DNA of 64,000 bases from Bythopirellula sp. (GCA_965216565.1 OZ244170.1:1600001-1664000); one strand, 5' to 3'; counted from the stretch's first letter, positions 51,509-63,092 are shown. Notes: generated by a model from the sequence alone, not told the origin. Translations and numbers: made by a program.

Positions 51509-53757
51509 GCCGGTACCTCGCCACGTTGCTCGTATCTACTATCTTCGCCGGCAGGCTGATGATGGCTCGCACGATAGGCAAGCCATTGCTCTAGAATTAG
51601 CACCAACGCCAGAAAGTAAAGCAGCGTATCGGAAAGATGAAAGCCGCCAAGTTGCTGTTCGTCGAGGGACATCTGGCTGGCCAGGGAATATTTGTAGTCG
51701 ATGCCCACAAGCTGTTGTGCCAACTGACTGCGATCGAGAAAATCGAGGTCGCCCTCCTCTGTGTCGACGTTAACGGCAAGCAGCCGATGATCTGATTCTT
51801 CTTCCCTAGGCATCAGAAAGAACTGCCAGACTCCGCTCTGCGCACCCGTACCGGCATCGATGGCATATCTTCCATTTTGGGCCTTGGGGTAATAGGTATT
51901 CGATTGTGCCGCTGCCGTGTGCGGGGGAACCACGCGGAACTCCGGTTCGTATTCTGATTCCGGCAAGTCAAACGCCAGAGAGTCGCCCACTTCCAATGAG
52001 GTGGTGCTCCGCTCCGCTGCGCTAAGCTGACCGATCAACTCGTTTGCGTAGATCGGAAACACTGGATTCAGACTCCAGTTGGTCCAGGTACCCAAGTCAG
52101 TCGACTTGGGAGAGAGTTTCGCCAAATGAAGTATGACTTTCCCGTCGCCGAACTCCTGTTCCACTACAAAGGGTGCACCATTTCGTAATCGCGCTAGAAC
52201 TTTGGTTTGTGATTTCGCGGAGGGCCGCCAGGCGGGTTCTAAGGAATAGTAGAAATTCACTCGCACCAAAGGTAGAAAGCTATTCCGGCGTCCCGAATAT
52301 ATACGGAACAGTGGGTGATCGGTTACCAACAGATCGGGTTCCGATTGCTCCACGTCGTGAAGCAACTGCGTAGGCACATCCAAAGGTGCAGGCAGTAATC
52401 CCGTTCCGTCCTGGTAGAGTCGCTGATTGTAAAAGGTTCGCTGTACTTCCGATCCCAAATAGAAAGCAAGTCCGCCCCCGGCGGTCACATATTCTTCGAG
52501 CGCCTCGATCTCCGACTCATCGAGCCGAGGAACGTTTAACAAACAGATTGCCGCAAACTTCTGCAGTTGCTCGTGCTGCCGAAGGAAGCTTGGCGGTTCC
52601 ACGCGGGGACTCCACCCAGGACTCGTCGTCCCCCCGGGCTGCAATGCCGTTCGCAAGTAAAAGCCGTCATCCCGGCCTGGCGAACCATCGATAATTAGTA
52701 CGGGAAATGTGGACGGCACCGTGCAGGCGAAGTAGCGGGAGTTATCGACCTCGATCGCATCGCTTTCCAGTTTGGCTTGCAAGCGATGTGCACCGGAATC
52801 GCGAAAACGAACTCGAAAGCGGCGGGTAACTTCCGATCGCGGCTCGATTTCGTCGATCACGATACTGGGAAGCTTATGCTCGTCTTGCAAGATTGTTAAC
52901 GAAACAGAGCGAGCGGTTTCGTCGTCATGATTGGCTACGGTGACCTTAAACCAAGTTTCGACGCCTGCGGCACGAATACCAGCTTCGGGCTGCAGATCGA
53001 CAATCGACAGATTCAAATCCCTGTCCTCAACACATTGAACTAGGTGGAGTTGCGAACTTTCTGTGCGGAGACGGCGAAGACGGCGCTTGACCAATTCCTC
53101 AGTCGTCCAGTGACGGTCGCGGAAGTCTGAAATCAAATAGACGATTCTTGCTTCGTCGGCCTGAGGTTCGGGCAACTTGATTGCCGCATGAATCGTTTCG
53201 TTGGGACCAGCAGCAGTTTCCGAACACTGCAGTTGGTCGAGCCAGGCCTGGAATTCTGGGAGCGTTTCGTTGGATAGCAGCCGACCGCTAATCTCAGGGG
53301 CTTCTCCCACCGCAAGCGACTGCGAAGCTGAAAACGGCAGGAACGTGATTAGCTGGTCATCTGCCTCAGCGGCGAGCTGATTGAGTACGCCTGCAACTGC
53401 ATTCTTAGCTCGATCGAATGCACGGACATCACCAGACTCGTCACTCATGGAGTAACTGTCGTCGATCAAGAACAAATGGTGTGTAGATCCCTGCCCCAGG
53501 AGCCGACCCCACTGGGAAAGCAGCGTAGGCCCGGCCAACATAAACACGACTGCCGCAACCGCAGCGGTTCTTAAGAGGAGCAGAAGCAGTTGCTGAAGCA
53601 CGATCCATTTTCGGTTCTTTTTTTGACTCTCGAGCAGAAACTGCATCGCCGCCCACTCGACCCGACGATGTCGACGCAGATTGATCAAATGGATCAATAG
53701 CGGTACTGCCAGCAACGGCAAACCAAACGTCAGCAGGGTTGGCAGAGAAAATTCCAA
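51505..53757 (-). CDS. BatA N-terminal domain + VWA protein
   Basis: PLLIHLINLRR..V.WAAMQFL (BatA), MIDAS DDSYS, ISD, C-terminal TM. Confidence 0.88.
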   Translation of the reverse strand: MEFSLPTLLTFGLPLLAVPLLIHLINLRRHRRVEWAAMQFLLESQKKNRKWIVLQQLLLLLLRTAAVAAVVFMLAGPTLLSQWGRLLGQGSTHHLFLIDDSYSMSDESGDVRAFDRAKNAVAGVLNQLAAEADDQLITFLPFSASQSLAVGEAPEISGRLLSNETLPEFQAWLDQLQCSETAAGPNETIHAAIKLPEPQADEARIVYLISDFRDRHWTTEELVKRRLRRLRTESSQLHLVQCVEDRDLNLSIVDLQPEAGIRAAGVETWFKVTVANHDDETARSVSLTILQDEHKLPSIVIDEIEPRSEVTRRFRVRFRDSGAHRLQAKLESDAIEVDNSRYFACTVPSTFPVLIIDGSPGRDDGFYLRTALQPGGTTSPGWSPRVEPPSFLRQHEQLQKFAAICLLNVPRLDESEIEALEEYVTAGGGLAFYLGSEVQRTFYNQRLYQDGTGLLPAPLDVPTQLLHDVEQSEPDLLVTDHPLFRIYSGRRNSFLPLVRVNFYYSLEPAWRPSAKSQTKVLARLRNGAPFVVEQEFGDGKVILHLAKLSPKSTDLGTWTNWSLNPVFPIYANELIGQLSAAERSTTSLEVGDSLAFDLPESEYEPEFRVVPPHTAAAQSNTYYPKAQNGRYAIDAGTGAQSGVWQFFLMPREEESDHRLLAVNVDTEEGDLDFLDRSQLAQQLVGIDYKYSLASQMSLDEQQLGGFHLSDTLLYFLALVLILEQWLAYRASHHQPAGEDSRYEQRGEVPA

Positions 53758-53784
53758 TGAGTGTCCTTTAATTCTTCGTGTTAC

Positions 53785-54690
53785 TCAGTGAGCTCGCGCT
53801 ACCGCGGTCCGTTTGCTTAAAAGGGCTGCCAGTGCCGCGTCGAGAGGCTGACTGGTTCGCAGCAAGTTGTACTCCACGGCATCTCGCGCACAACCTCGCT
53901 TAACTTTCTGCAAAAAAGTCTCCATCGAACGCAAATAACCTTCACGTAACGCACGTGGATTGCAGGTGAGCTGTTCTGGCAGCTCAAGTCCTTCGAAACG
54001 AGTTGGATTGTCAAACGGGAAATCGAGTTCGTCATCGTCTAAGACATGTAAGACGATAACATCGTGATCTCGTTGGCGAAGAAGTCGCAAACCACGGAGG
54101 ATGGAGTCGGTATCGCCAAACAGATCAGAGACAAGGACAATCATCCCCCGTCGTGGCTGAGTTTCGGCCAGCTCGCGCAAGATGGCCCCGGGATCGGTCT
54201 TGCCAGCGGGCTCATTGCTTTGCAGTGCGCTTGCAATGGCTGAGAGATGCACCCGCGTGCTGCGAACCGGAGTGCGGGCGCGAACAGTTTCGTCAAACGC
54301 AATGCAGCCCACGGAGTCTTGCTGTTTGAGTAGCAAATAAGCAAGACTGCAGGCAACGGTGGCTGCGTACTCAAACTTGTTCAGTGGCCCCGCCCCGTAC
54401 TGCATGCTTTTCGAAACATCAACCAAGAGCAAGCAGCGCAGGTTGGTGTCTTCTTCGAACTGCTTCACATAGAGACGATCTTGCTTTGCCCATACCTTCC
54501 AATCGACATGGCGGAGGTCGTCGCCTGGCGCATACTGACGATGTTGCAAGAACTCGACCGATTGGCCAAAAAAGGGACTGCGGTGCATGCCGCTTAGGAG
54601 CCCCTCGACGATGTGTCGAGCACGCAGTTCCAAACGACCAATACGCCGAATCGCGCTAGGATGCAAAAATTGCTTGGAATCGCGTGTCAT
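53785..54690 (-). CDS. DUF58 domain protein
   Basis: [35 protein letters not shown]. Confidence 0.93.
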   Translation of the reverse strand: MTRDSKQFLHPSAIRRIGRLELRARHIVEGLLSGMHRSPFFGQSVEFLQHRQYAPGDDLRHVDWKVWAKQDRLYVKQFEEDTNLRCLLLVDVSKSMQYGAGPLNKFEYAATVACSLAYLLLKQQDSVGCIAFDETVRARTPVRSTRVHLSAIASALQSNEPAGKTDPGAILRELAETQPRRGMIVLVSDLFGDTDSILRGLRLLRQRDHDVIVLHVLDDDELDFPFDNPTRFEGLELPEQLTCNPRALREGYLRSMETFLQKVKRGCARDAVEYNLLRTSQPLDAALAALLSKRTAVARAH

Positions 54691-55711
54691 TGGTCAAATC
54701 GTCTTCCAAAGTAGGGGTGGACTCGAGGAGCGTGTCGATAATGTTGTCAGCAGTAATGCCGTCACTTTCAGCCGCAAAGTTGACGACGATTCGATGTCGA
54801 AGCACCGGTTTGGCAAGTTGCTGCACATCTTCGACCGTCACGTGAGTTCGCCGATTCATCAGCGCCCTCGCCTTCGCACCGACAATCAAGAATTGAACTG
54901 CCCGCGTACCAGCCCCCCAGGCAAGCTGTTCGCCGACCGCTTCGGGAACGCCGGTCTCACCAATCCGAGTTTGCCGAACAAGCGACAAAGCATAGCGAAT
55001 CACATGGTCGCTTACGGGAACTTCACGGATTAAGTTTTGCAGCGCCAGTATCTCTTCAGGAGCGACTACCGGAGTAATCGAATCTTTCAAGGTGGCAGTC
55101 GTGCGGCGCGCGACCTCAAATTCTTCATCGAAGCTGGGATAACTTACCAGCACTTTAAACATAAAACGATCTTGCTGTGCCTCGGGCAACGGGTACGTGC
55201 CCTCCTGTTCGATCGGGTTCTGGGTGGCGAGCACGAAGAAGGGATCGGAAAGTTGGTGACGAACGCGTCCCACTGTTACTTGACGCTCCTGCATAGCTTC
55301 GAGCAAAGCCGCTTGCGTCTTGGGCGGTGTACGATTGATTTCGTCGGCCAGAATAATATTGGAAAACAAGGGCCCTTCCAGAAACCTCATCTCTCGCTGC
55401 CCCGTGGAGCGATTCTCTTCGATGATGTCTGTTCCCGTGATGTCCGCCGGCATTAGATCGGGCGTGAACTGAATACGGCTGAAGGAAAGGTTCAGCGAGC
55501 GGGCCAGGGTGCTGATCAGCAGAGTTTTTGCCAATCCCGGAACGCCTTCGAGCAAACAGTGGCCACGACTGAAAAGGCTAATTAATAGTTGCTCAATCAC
55601 CTGATCCTGACCAACAATCACTTGCCCCAATTGTTCGCGGATTGCATCAACGGCAGTTGCAAGTCGGCCGATGACTTTCTCGTCGGCAATAGAAGAGTCG
55701 CCTATGTCCAT
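54656..55711 (-). CDS. moxR: MoxR-family AAA+ ATPase
   Basis: [51 protein letters not shown]. Confidence 0.95.
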   Translation of the reverse strand: MDIGDSSIADEKVIGRLATAVDAIREQLGQVIVGQDQVIEQLLISLFSRGHCLLEGVPGLAKTLLISTLARSLNLSFSRIQFTPDLMPADITGTDIIEENRSTGQREMRFLEGPLFSNIILADEINRTPPKTQAALLEAMQERQVTVGRVRHQLSDPFFVLATQNPIEQEGTYPLPEAQQDRFMFKVLVSYPSFDEEFEVARRTTATLKDSITPVVAPEEILALQNLIREVPVSDHVIRYALSLVRQTRIGETGVPEAVGEQLAWGAGTRAVQFLIVGAKARALMNRRTHVTVEDVQQLAKPVLRHRIVVNFAAESDGITADNIIDTLLESTPTLEDDLTNDTRFQAIFAS

Positions 55712-55828
55712 ATTCTATCTAAACCCTTTCGTCGAACTTACGTTCGTTCATTGACTAGTAAAGCCTTATCAGCCTCGTCCAGTGACGCCCGCTGGTATCG
55801 AATCCAGTATCTATAGTCGCGCCAGATT

Positions 55829-56866
55829 TTAACGCTGGTAAATCGGCAAACATGCCTTGTCCATCTGCAGAATTATCAAGTTCAAAGCCGTGGTGTAAAC
55901 CTCACCCACAAAGCCCTGTTTCCATACAGCCAGCTTACGATCCCCCATGTCCATAATATCTGCCTCTTGGATCAGCCGAGGTCGAATTGTTTCGATGTAG
56001 TTCTGCCATTCGTCACCGCCCTCGCGATACTTTACTTGCGAATAGTAAAAGTGAGCGTAGTGCCAGTGGCCGAAAGTATCGTGGCTCTTCGGCTGCAGGT
56101 GTTTGCGGCAATACTCCTTCATCTTGGGCACGTAGTTGTCGTCATACTCACCCGCATTGTAGAGACACGCAATCGCGGCCGCCGTAATCGCGGGACGACT
56201 GCCGCCACCCTTGGAACTGTAGTTGACTCCACCCTCGTTCTTGTTGGTACAGCGGTGAATGTACTTCACCGCGCTATCAATGATTTCCTTCGGCACGGGA
56301 ATGCCTGCGTTCCTGCAGCCGCGCAATCCTTGGACTTGCGTAATTGTCGTCGAGCCCTCGTCGTAGCCACTGCCATCTTTGGCACTAACGTACCCCCAAC
56401 CACCCGCCTTTGTCTGAGCTTGGCCGGTGAAGATGACCGCGCGGGTCAACACCTCCAGTAGTTCCTGACGTCGCTCCAAGTCTTCTTCCTCTCCTAGTAC
56501 CTGAGAGAGAAACAACATGGCAAAACCATGGCCGTAGGTGTAGCGATCGTCTCCGACGTCACCGATCAACCCGTTAGAACGAGTGCGCCGAGTGAGGAAG
56601 TCGACCGCCCGACGGAGATTTTCTGCGTACTTGCCTTGCGTGGTCGTCGAGCCTTCGCACAAGAACGCCATACCGGCCAACGCAGTCATCGCCGTTGGGT
56701 AGCGGCCCTGGGCGTTCCAATGCCCGAGTTTATGCTGCTGAAACGCCAGCCAATCGAGTCCTTGGGTAATCACCTGTTCAGACTTAGGATCGACTGAAGA
56801 CGCGGCCTGCACCGGCAGCGTCTGAATAAGAAAAAGGATCGCAATCCCTAGGACCATCAGACGCAT
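55829..56866 (-). CDS. Secreted prenyltransferase/squalene-cyclase-repeat alpha/alpha-barrel protein
   Basis: Signal peptide; GLDWL..QQ...G.W, Q...GGWGY, YTYGHGFA, HYAHFY. Confidence 0.8.
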   Translation of the reverse strand: MRLMVLGIAILFLIQTLPVQAASSVDPKSEQVITQGLDWLAFQQHKLGHWNAQGRYPTAMTALAGMAFLCEGSTTTQGKYAENLRRAVDFLTRRTRSNGLIGDVGDDRYTYGHGFAMLFLSQVLGEEEDLERRQELLEVLTRAVIFTGQAQTKAGGWGYVSAKDGSGYDEGSTTITQVQGLRGCRNAGIPVPKEIIDSAVKYIHRCTNKNEGGVNYSSKGGGSRPAITAAAIACLYNAGEYDDNYVPKMKEYCRKHLQPKSHDTFGHWHYAHFYYSQVKYREGGDEWQNYIETIRPRLIQEADIMDMGDRKLAVWKQGFVGEVYTTALNLIILQMDKACLPIYQR

Positions 56867-57068
56867 GGCGATTCTATCGATTTTATAAGTCCGACACAGG
56901 TTCATAGTTTGTATTGCAGGATTACCAGCGGAAGTTCCAAAAACTCGAGTTCATAGCTGTAACCATTTATATCCCTCGCAATTCGCACAGGCCACGGGTG
57001 TGAAATCAGTTGCAGTCGTTTGCAATTGATTGGCACCGAATAGGCCTGTGCTACTACCCAGGGGATTT

Positions 57069-60000
57069 CTATTGGCCTAGCAGTTTCTTCCCAATCTCCA
57101 ACAGTCCGCCCGACGACTCCTTTTCTTTGGCAGTGCTGTCGACATTTGCTGGCGGCTCGGGCGGGCGGGGCTCGTTCGTAAACTTCACTCGAACGGTCCG
57201 GCTTGCCATGGCTACTTCCATCTCGGCATTGTTCTGGTCGACCATTCTTAACGCACAATAATTGCCGCCGGTTTGGGGTAATTTTTCTCCGTGATACAAC
57301 AACCGTCCCGAGGCTTTTTCTAATAGCAATAGACTCGTGGCCGGCCTGCCACCGCTACGTGTGCGATGATGCACCGTGCCAGCAAACGCCACCACCGGTA
57401 GGTCCACAGGCTGAGATAAGATGAACGATTCCTGCTTCACTTCGGCAGGGCCTTCCCACGCCATCTCGCCCGTGGTTCGATCGAAGGTATAGACGCTGCC
57501 CTCGATGACTCGATAGTCCCAGCTGTTTAGCGGAGAGATTCTTCTCTCGCGGGAAAGTTTGAAGGGCCTCTCGGTCACGACAACAAAGTTATCCGATCCG
57601 GCGAGCACGTAAACATTCCTCAATACATCAGCGTTTTCAAGTTTCTGATCTACCAACACTTCACCGCTCGCCACATCGATGATGGTGCAGTTACCTTTGG
57701 GTTCAGCCACCACGGCATAACGTCCCTGGGTGATATCGATCCGCGATCCGCGTTTGTACTGCTTTTCCCACAGCACCTCTTCACTGAAGGCATCGATCGC
57801 AGAAAGCTCCTGTTCGCCGGAGGCCAGTCGACGCCAACGCACAAAAGTTCGGCCAATGGTGGCCAACTGCTCTTCCCACCGTGGCACCTTCACTTCGCGG
57901 ATATATCTGCCATCGATCGTGCTGTAGACAAGTGCCTGCTGGCTTCCGGGCGGCACGGCAAAAACGTATTCTTCATCGCCGTAGAGATCGCACCCTGGCG
58001 GTACATCGGTTCGCCACCATCTTTCGTCTCCCGTCATCGTGTCGACACATATCAAGCGCCTTTGGTCTTGAAAGACACATCTGTCGTAAGTCACTGGCCC
58101 AATGACACCAATCCACTGGCTATCTCGCTGTGCCCGAGGAGCCTTGGAGGGTCCAAACTGACGTACACGACGACCACTCACTACCACCCGATATTGGTAC
58201 TGGCTTTCGAGATCGACACCCTGCAGAACATTTCGCTTCCACAGCACTTGCTTTTCATTTGGTTGTTGATCTGCCAAGGTGTTGAAGGCGACGAGTTGAT
58301 TACCTTGGGACACCACGAGTAGATTGCCCCGGGTGACACCGTAAAAATTACCGATATCGTGCGCCTGGACGCGCTGCGGATCCTGAATATCAGCTGAGAA
58401 AATGTTAGTCCCGACGCTGTCGCGCACTTCAATCCGCCCATTGGTACGCGTGGATGTCAGCACTGAACAACGTCCCAGGATCGAGTCGGTTCGTTCCAGA
58501 CGAATCCGAGAAATGGGAATGTGTCTGCCTGTCCGTTTACCTGTGAAGGGAATCGTTGAGACCTCAACCTTTCCTTCAGGCCAATTCAAACCGATCAGGA
58601 CATTGGTCGTATCGCGCCACGCATCGAGGCACTCTTGGCCCGTTTTCCCGTCTAGGCAAACTACGTCGCTCAACTCACCACTTAGCAGACTGTCGAATTC
58701 CGAGGCCAGCCTGGGCAAACTTTGCTGATGGAGCAATTGGGAGCAACGAGCAATCGAAGCGGCGCGAGTTCTAGGCTCGTCCGATTCAACCAGTCGCAAG
58801 AAAATTTGCTGCGCAATATGATTCTCGCCCATCGTCAGATGCTTTTCGGCTAGTTGAAACAGAGCAAGCTCCGCGACGGTGAGACTTCCGAAACTATCTG
58901 CGAAGCGTTTCAATCCAAAGTGAGCCGGATCCTTTTGAACTTTGGCAAACAACAACAAAAGTGAGTCGTTCATATGCTGGCGAAGTTCAGGGTCCGCCTT
59001 GTCAAAGATCAATGCTGTTTGAGCTCGGGTCCATTGGGTGGTGCTCGCGTGATGATCACGGTCCATCGTATGAATGAGTTCGGGAGCGTCAGCCACTTCG
59101 TAAAGCTGCAGACACTTTTCAAACGATTGATCGAGATTGCCTAGTTCGAACAGGCCTTCCGCTTCGATCCGCAGCAACTTGCTTTCGCCCGACGTGGTTG
59201 ATTGAACCAATTCTCTCAACAAAGGAAGTCGATCTTGGTAGGAAACGAAGTCCTTTTTGAGGGCCCCTTCGAGGCACTCAATCAATACATCTTTCGTGCG
59301 AACGCTGTCGCCCGCCCCCTGCCAGGCTCGCTGCAAGTATTTAATGGCTTCATCAAGTTCACCTTGGTTATAAGCAATCTCGCCCAGCACACGCAGCGCT
59401 TCGACATCGTGAGGATTTTCAGCAAGTGTGCCTTGCGCCTTCTCGCGGAGGACGTCGACCATGTCGAAGCATTCCAAGAAGCGTCCTGTTTGAGAGAGAA
59501 TCGATCCCCGATGGCAAATCAAATTTCCAAGCACTTGTCCGTCGCGCGAAGTTGACTGCCCGTCGATACTGCCCGTTTCGAGATCCACGGCCACAACCTC
59601 GGCCGACGTCAATGGCAGGTAATACTTAGACTTACTAAAGAAGCCCCGTCCACTGGGCAGGGCACCTTTGGGAAGTTTCAGATTGCCCCGAGGCCAAACT
59701 GGTTTGCCATCGGCAAGGTCCAACGCCATCAGATGCGAATTGCCTACGACCAAGACTTTGCCGTCATGAACACCTGCTACCCAGAGAGATTTCGATCGCT
59801 GAATTTTCCAGACGAGTTCGCCGGTAACAAGGTCCAAGCAATGCAGTTCCTTCGACTCTGGCGGAGAGAGAAGTACCTTGCCGGAAGCGATAATGGCGGC
59901 CGGGTCGGCCCAGCGGAGATTCCACTTCTTAGATTGATCGATCCGCGCCCGAAGTAGGTTGGCCACGTTTCGCTCTGCTTTGTAACGATATGCCCAACTC

Positions 60001-61679
60001 AGTGCCTGTTTTGAAAGGTCGACACCAACTACGACGCCAGCTCCGGTTGGACAGATCAGCATCCCGGAATCGTAGGAGGGCACCGCAGCCTGCAGTCGAC
60101 GTTTTTGGTCGAGCAAGATATCTGCCTCCAACCCCACCAATTGCTGCTGCCACAGGAAGGCTCCTGTTCGGCGGTCCAAGGCTACCAGGTAGATTGCACT
60201 CTTGATCTCTGCCAATGCATAGAGTGATTGGCCGACCCACACAGGCGCACCCAAAAAGAAGGCACCCGCCAATTCCGACTGATTGTCCGCGCCATCCGCC
60301 TCCCACACTAACTTACCTTGAGAAGCCAGCTCGTAGGCACACAAGCGATTGGTCCCAGCCGAGCGGCCCGCAGTACGGGGCGTCCTCATTCCTAAAGCCG
60401 CCAACGGTTGTCTACTCATATTCTCTGGCTGCGAGAGGTCGCGGATCACGAACACTCTCTCACCATCGCTGCTGATGCTGTTGTATAGATAGTCGTGCCA
60501 GAGACGTTCATTCAGAGTTTGAATCGGAGCGGGACTCGTCGCAGTGCGAGCAGTCGCTTTCGACTTACTAGAAAGCTGCTCAAAGGCTGCAACTCGCTGC
60601 GGCTGCGAGCGCCACACTCGTTTGCCTGTTCGGTAATCGACGGCGATTAGGTTGTGTGCCGAACGAGTAATGATGTAGTCGCCGACGGCAAGCGGAGATG
60701 CCGCGACGGGAAAGCTCTTTTTATTTCGTACTTTGTCACTAACCAAAGTTTCGTGAAATTCTTCCAGATCGGGATGCGTGAGTAAGCGAACTGTCCAGCG
60801 CTGACGCATGTGGGGCAATCCGCCCTCGGCATGACCGTTGCGTTGCGTATTACCACGGAACGTCAACCACTGCGTGTAGTTCTTAAGCGCGATCGTCGCG
60901 GGCGAGCCAACCACTCGGCCTAACCAATCCAGCGGCGTGGCTCCAAGACTATCGAGACGAATCTCCTTACCAGCGATCGTTACACTGCGAAAGCCACTGT
61001 ATGCCAACTTCTTCAGGACGGTTTCTGCTTTGCTAGAATCCCCTGCAGCGATCCAGGCTTCTGCCTCAAGCAAGGAGAGCTGAGGTTCGAAACGCCGCGC
61101 CGCCTCGTCAGTATTCCGTAGCTCCTCGTACAACAGAGCCGCAGAGAGGTGACGTCCCAAATCGGCCTGCTGCTGCGCCAACAGCAGAGCTGCTTCATAG
61201 CCTGCGTCGGTGTAGAAATAGCGATAAGCAATCCGACGCACAGAATCGAGATCCCCGGCAATTCTCGCTTTCTTCAATTCGCGTTTGGCAACGGGACCGT
61301 ACGTAGCTTTGTAGATAGCCCTGCCTTCAGTCGGAAGGTTGCGTATGATCTGTCTCGCGGTTTCCTTCAGGCCGGAGTATTCGTCCTTCTCGCCACTAAG
61401 CACAAAAAAGTCTTCTTGATCTGCTGCGAGCACTTCGTCCAGAAAACGGATGGCTTGGGTGTACTCCCCCTTTTCGAGTCGCTCCTTGGCCCTACGAACG
61501 CCCCGTGATAGCAAGCGATCTGTAGGCAAGAAAACCTGATTTTGCGAATCGGCTTCGGCAACCTGGAGAACTCCTCCGATGGCAGCTTGCGCATGGCAAT
61601 ACTGAGCTGATCCGGAAATCAATAGACCGGTGGCTGATAGCAAACTAACAAGCAGCTTAGGCAGTGGAAAACGAGTCAT
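57069..61679 (-). CDS. Large secreted PQQ-like beta-propeller / TPR protein
   Basis: 1536 aa; repeated A.D..TG...W motifs; W.TFRGN.QRNG; TPR segments. Confidence 0.85.
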   Translation of the reverse strand: MTRFPLPKLLVSLLSATGLLISGSAQYCHAQAAIGGVLQVAEADSQNQVFLPTDRLLSRGVRRAKERLEKGEYTQAIRFLDEVLAADQEDFFVLSGEKDEYSGLKETARQIIRNLPTEGRAIYKATYGPVAKRELKKARIAGDLDSVRRIAYRYFYTDAGYEAALLLAQQQADLGRHLSAALLYEELRNTDEAARRFEPQLSLLEAEAWIAAGDSSKAETVLKKLAYSGFRSVTIAGKEIRLDSLGATPLDWLGRVVGSPATIALKNYTQWLTFRGNTQRNGHAEGGLPHMRQRWTVRLLTHPDLEEFHETLVSDKVRNKKSFPVAASPLAVGDYIITRSAHNLIAVDYRTGKRVWRSQPQRVAAFEQLSSKSKATARTATSPAPIQTLNERLWHDYLYNSISSDGERVFVIRDLSQPENMSRQPLAALGMRTPRTAGRSAGTNRLCAYELASQGKLVWEADGADNQSELAGAFFLGAPVWVGQSLYALAEIKSAIYLVALDRRTGAFLWQQQLVGLEADILLDQKRRLQAAVPSYDSGMLICPTGAGVVVGVDLSKQALSWAYRYKAERNVANLLRARIDQSKKWNLRWADPAAIIASGKVLLSPPESKELHCLDLVTGELVWKIQRSKSLWVAGVHDGKVLVVGNSHLMALDLADGKPVWPRGNLKLPKGALPSGRGFFSKSKYYLPLTSAEVVAVDLETGSIDGQSTSRDGQVLGNLICHRGSILSQTGRFLECFDMVDVLREKAQGTLAENPHDVEALRVLGEIAYNQGELDEAIKYLQRAWQGAGDSVRTKDVLIECLEGALKKDFVSYQDRLPLLRELVQSTTSGESKLLRIEAEGLFELGNLDQSFEKCLQLYEVADAPELIHTMDRDHHASTTQWTRAQTALIFDKADPELRQHMNDSLLLLFAKVQKDPAHFGLKRFADSFGSLTVAELALFQLAEKHLTMGENHIAQQIFLRLVESDEPRTRAASIARCSQLLHQQSLPRLASEFDSLLSGELSDVVCLDGKTGQECLDAWRDTTNVLIGLNWPEGKVEVSTIPFTGKRTGRHIPISRIRLERTDSILGRCSVLTSTRTNGRIEVRDSVGTNIFSADIQDPQRVQAHDIGNFYGVTRGNLLVVSQGNQLVAFNTLADQQPNEKQVLWKRNVLQGVDLESQYQYRVVVSGRRVRQFGPSKAPRAQRDSQWIGVIGPVTYDRCVFQDQRRLICVDTMTGDERWWRTDVPPGCDLYGDEEYVFAVPPGSQQALVYSTIDGRYIREVKVPRWEEQLATIGRTFVRWRRLASGEQELSAIDAFSEEVLWEKQYKRGSRIDITQGRYAVVAEPKGNCTIIDVASGEVLVDQKLENADVLRNVYVLAGSDNFVVVTERPFKLSRERRISPLNSWDYRVIEGSVYTFDRTTGEMAWEGPAEVKQESFILSQPVDLPVVAFAGTVHHRTRSGGRPATSLLLLEKASGRLLYHGEKLPQTGGNYCALRMVDQNNAEMEVAMASRTVRVKFTNEPRPPEPPANVDSTAKEKESSGGLLEIGKKLLGQ

Positions 61680-62140
61680 GCGACGATCTGTTCCTCCTGT
61701 TTGTCGTCACTACCTCAAAAGTGCCAAAATGCCGCGGCGAGGTCCAGTTTCGCCGCCTCATGTTCCTAGATCTTTGAGGCAATTGCCTCGATGAGTGTTC
61801 CCGATCGGCCGTTTGACAGCGGGCAAGCGATCACGCATATCGCGTAACACATTGCCAAACATAAGTTTACAGTCGATTACAAGATATATCAATTAGGCGG
61901 AGTGTAACGACCAAGTTGCCTCCCGAGAGGGGGTCGAGAAATGCTCTCCAACCTTCTCCATGGGGTCTCAAAAAGGCCCAGGAACGAGGTTTATAGGGAA
62001 AAACCCTGTTTTTCTGCGGAATTATGCCAGTTTCGCCTTGTAATTTACTGCCAGCAACCATTAAATCAGCACGTTGCGTCAACTAGATGCTAGATTTCCA
62101 GGTATTTCAATTTCCCGAATGCACTAAGGAGGGTCCTCAC

Positions 62141-62461
62141 ATGGCGAAGGCCGCAGCGAAGAAACCACCAACCAAGACAGAGATTTACTCGAACATCGCC
62201 GATAGCACCGGCCTAGCAAAGAAAGACGTCGGTGCTGTATTCGATGCCCTGAACGATGAGATTGCCAAAGCACTTAGCAAGAAGGGTCCACAAACCTTCA
62301 CCTTGCCAGGTCTTTGCAAAATCGTTGTCCAGAACAAACCAGCCACCCCAGCCCGCGAAGGTATCAATCCCTTCACCGGTGAAAAGACCATGTTCAAGGC
62401 CAAGCCGGCTCGCAACGTGGTTAAGGTTCGTCCTTTGAAGAAGCTGAAGGACATGGTCTGA
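62141..62461 (+). CDS. HU family DNA-binding protein
   Basis: AAGGAGG RBS; TKTEI, LPGLCKI, AREGINPFTGE, KPARNVVKVRPLKKLKD. Confidence 0.92.
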   Translation: MAKAAAKKPPTKTEIYSNIADSTGLAKKDVGAVFDALNDEIAKALSKKGPQTFTLPGLCKIVVQNKPATPAREGINPFTGEKTMFKAKPARNVVKVRPLKKLKDMV

Positions 62462-62504
62462 GCTTAGCTGCCGTTTGGCCGCTCAGATTGGCGCTGAAAC
62501 TAAG

Positions 62505-62563
62505 AACCGCCCAATGCCCGACGTGTGCTGTCCAGCACACCAAAGGCAAAGGGCGGTTTTTTT
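62505..62563 (+). terminator. Rho-independent terminator after HU
   Basis: AACCGCCC...GGGCGGTT stem with inner GTGTGCTG/CAGCACAC stem, followed by a T run. Confidence 0.75.
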
Positions 62564-63092
62564 GTTTGGACTTCTAGACACGTTTTCCGTATCGAGTCCG
62601 ACACTAGGGGAAGTCCGTCGGTAATATTATTGGACTACACATCACGTCGAGTGCGGAGCATTCAATTTCTAAATATCGACTGCATTATCCATTAGGTCAA
62701 AGAATGCATCATAAAGACGACTATAAAGCAGGCGCAGATCCCAACTAGGACGCATGTGATCGATGCGGTGAAGAGTATTCGGTAGATAAGATTAAGCCCG
62801 TCTGGCGTCCAATACGCATCTTGGCATTTCCCGTAATCGTCGTCGTGACGCTTGCAAGGTTAAATCCCTTTGCAAAATGGGAATTTGTTGATCATTACTG
62901 CCCGAGTTGCCGAACCTGGTTAACCTTTTGCTACATAGTTGTAGCGATCTGGTCGAGCAGTTTTATCTACTTCTTGGTAACAGAAGAGTTCCGAAAGTGA
63001 TCTTGGAACAAGGATCCTAGTTGAAACCTGCTTTTAAATTCAAAGCAACTTCTAGATACAAAACGAATCCAGGCGAGACATACATAACCAAG

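Noticed and set aside
62564..63090. Gene or ncRNA in the AT-rich gap between HU and the tRNA fragment
   Set aside because: No credible ORF or recognisable RNA structure by eye
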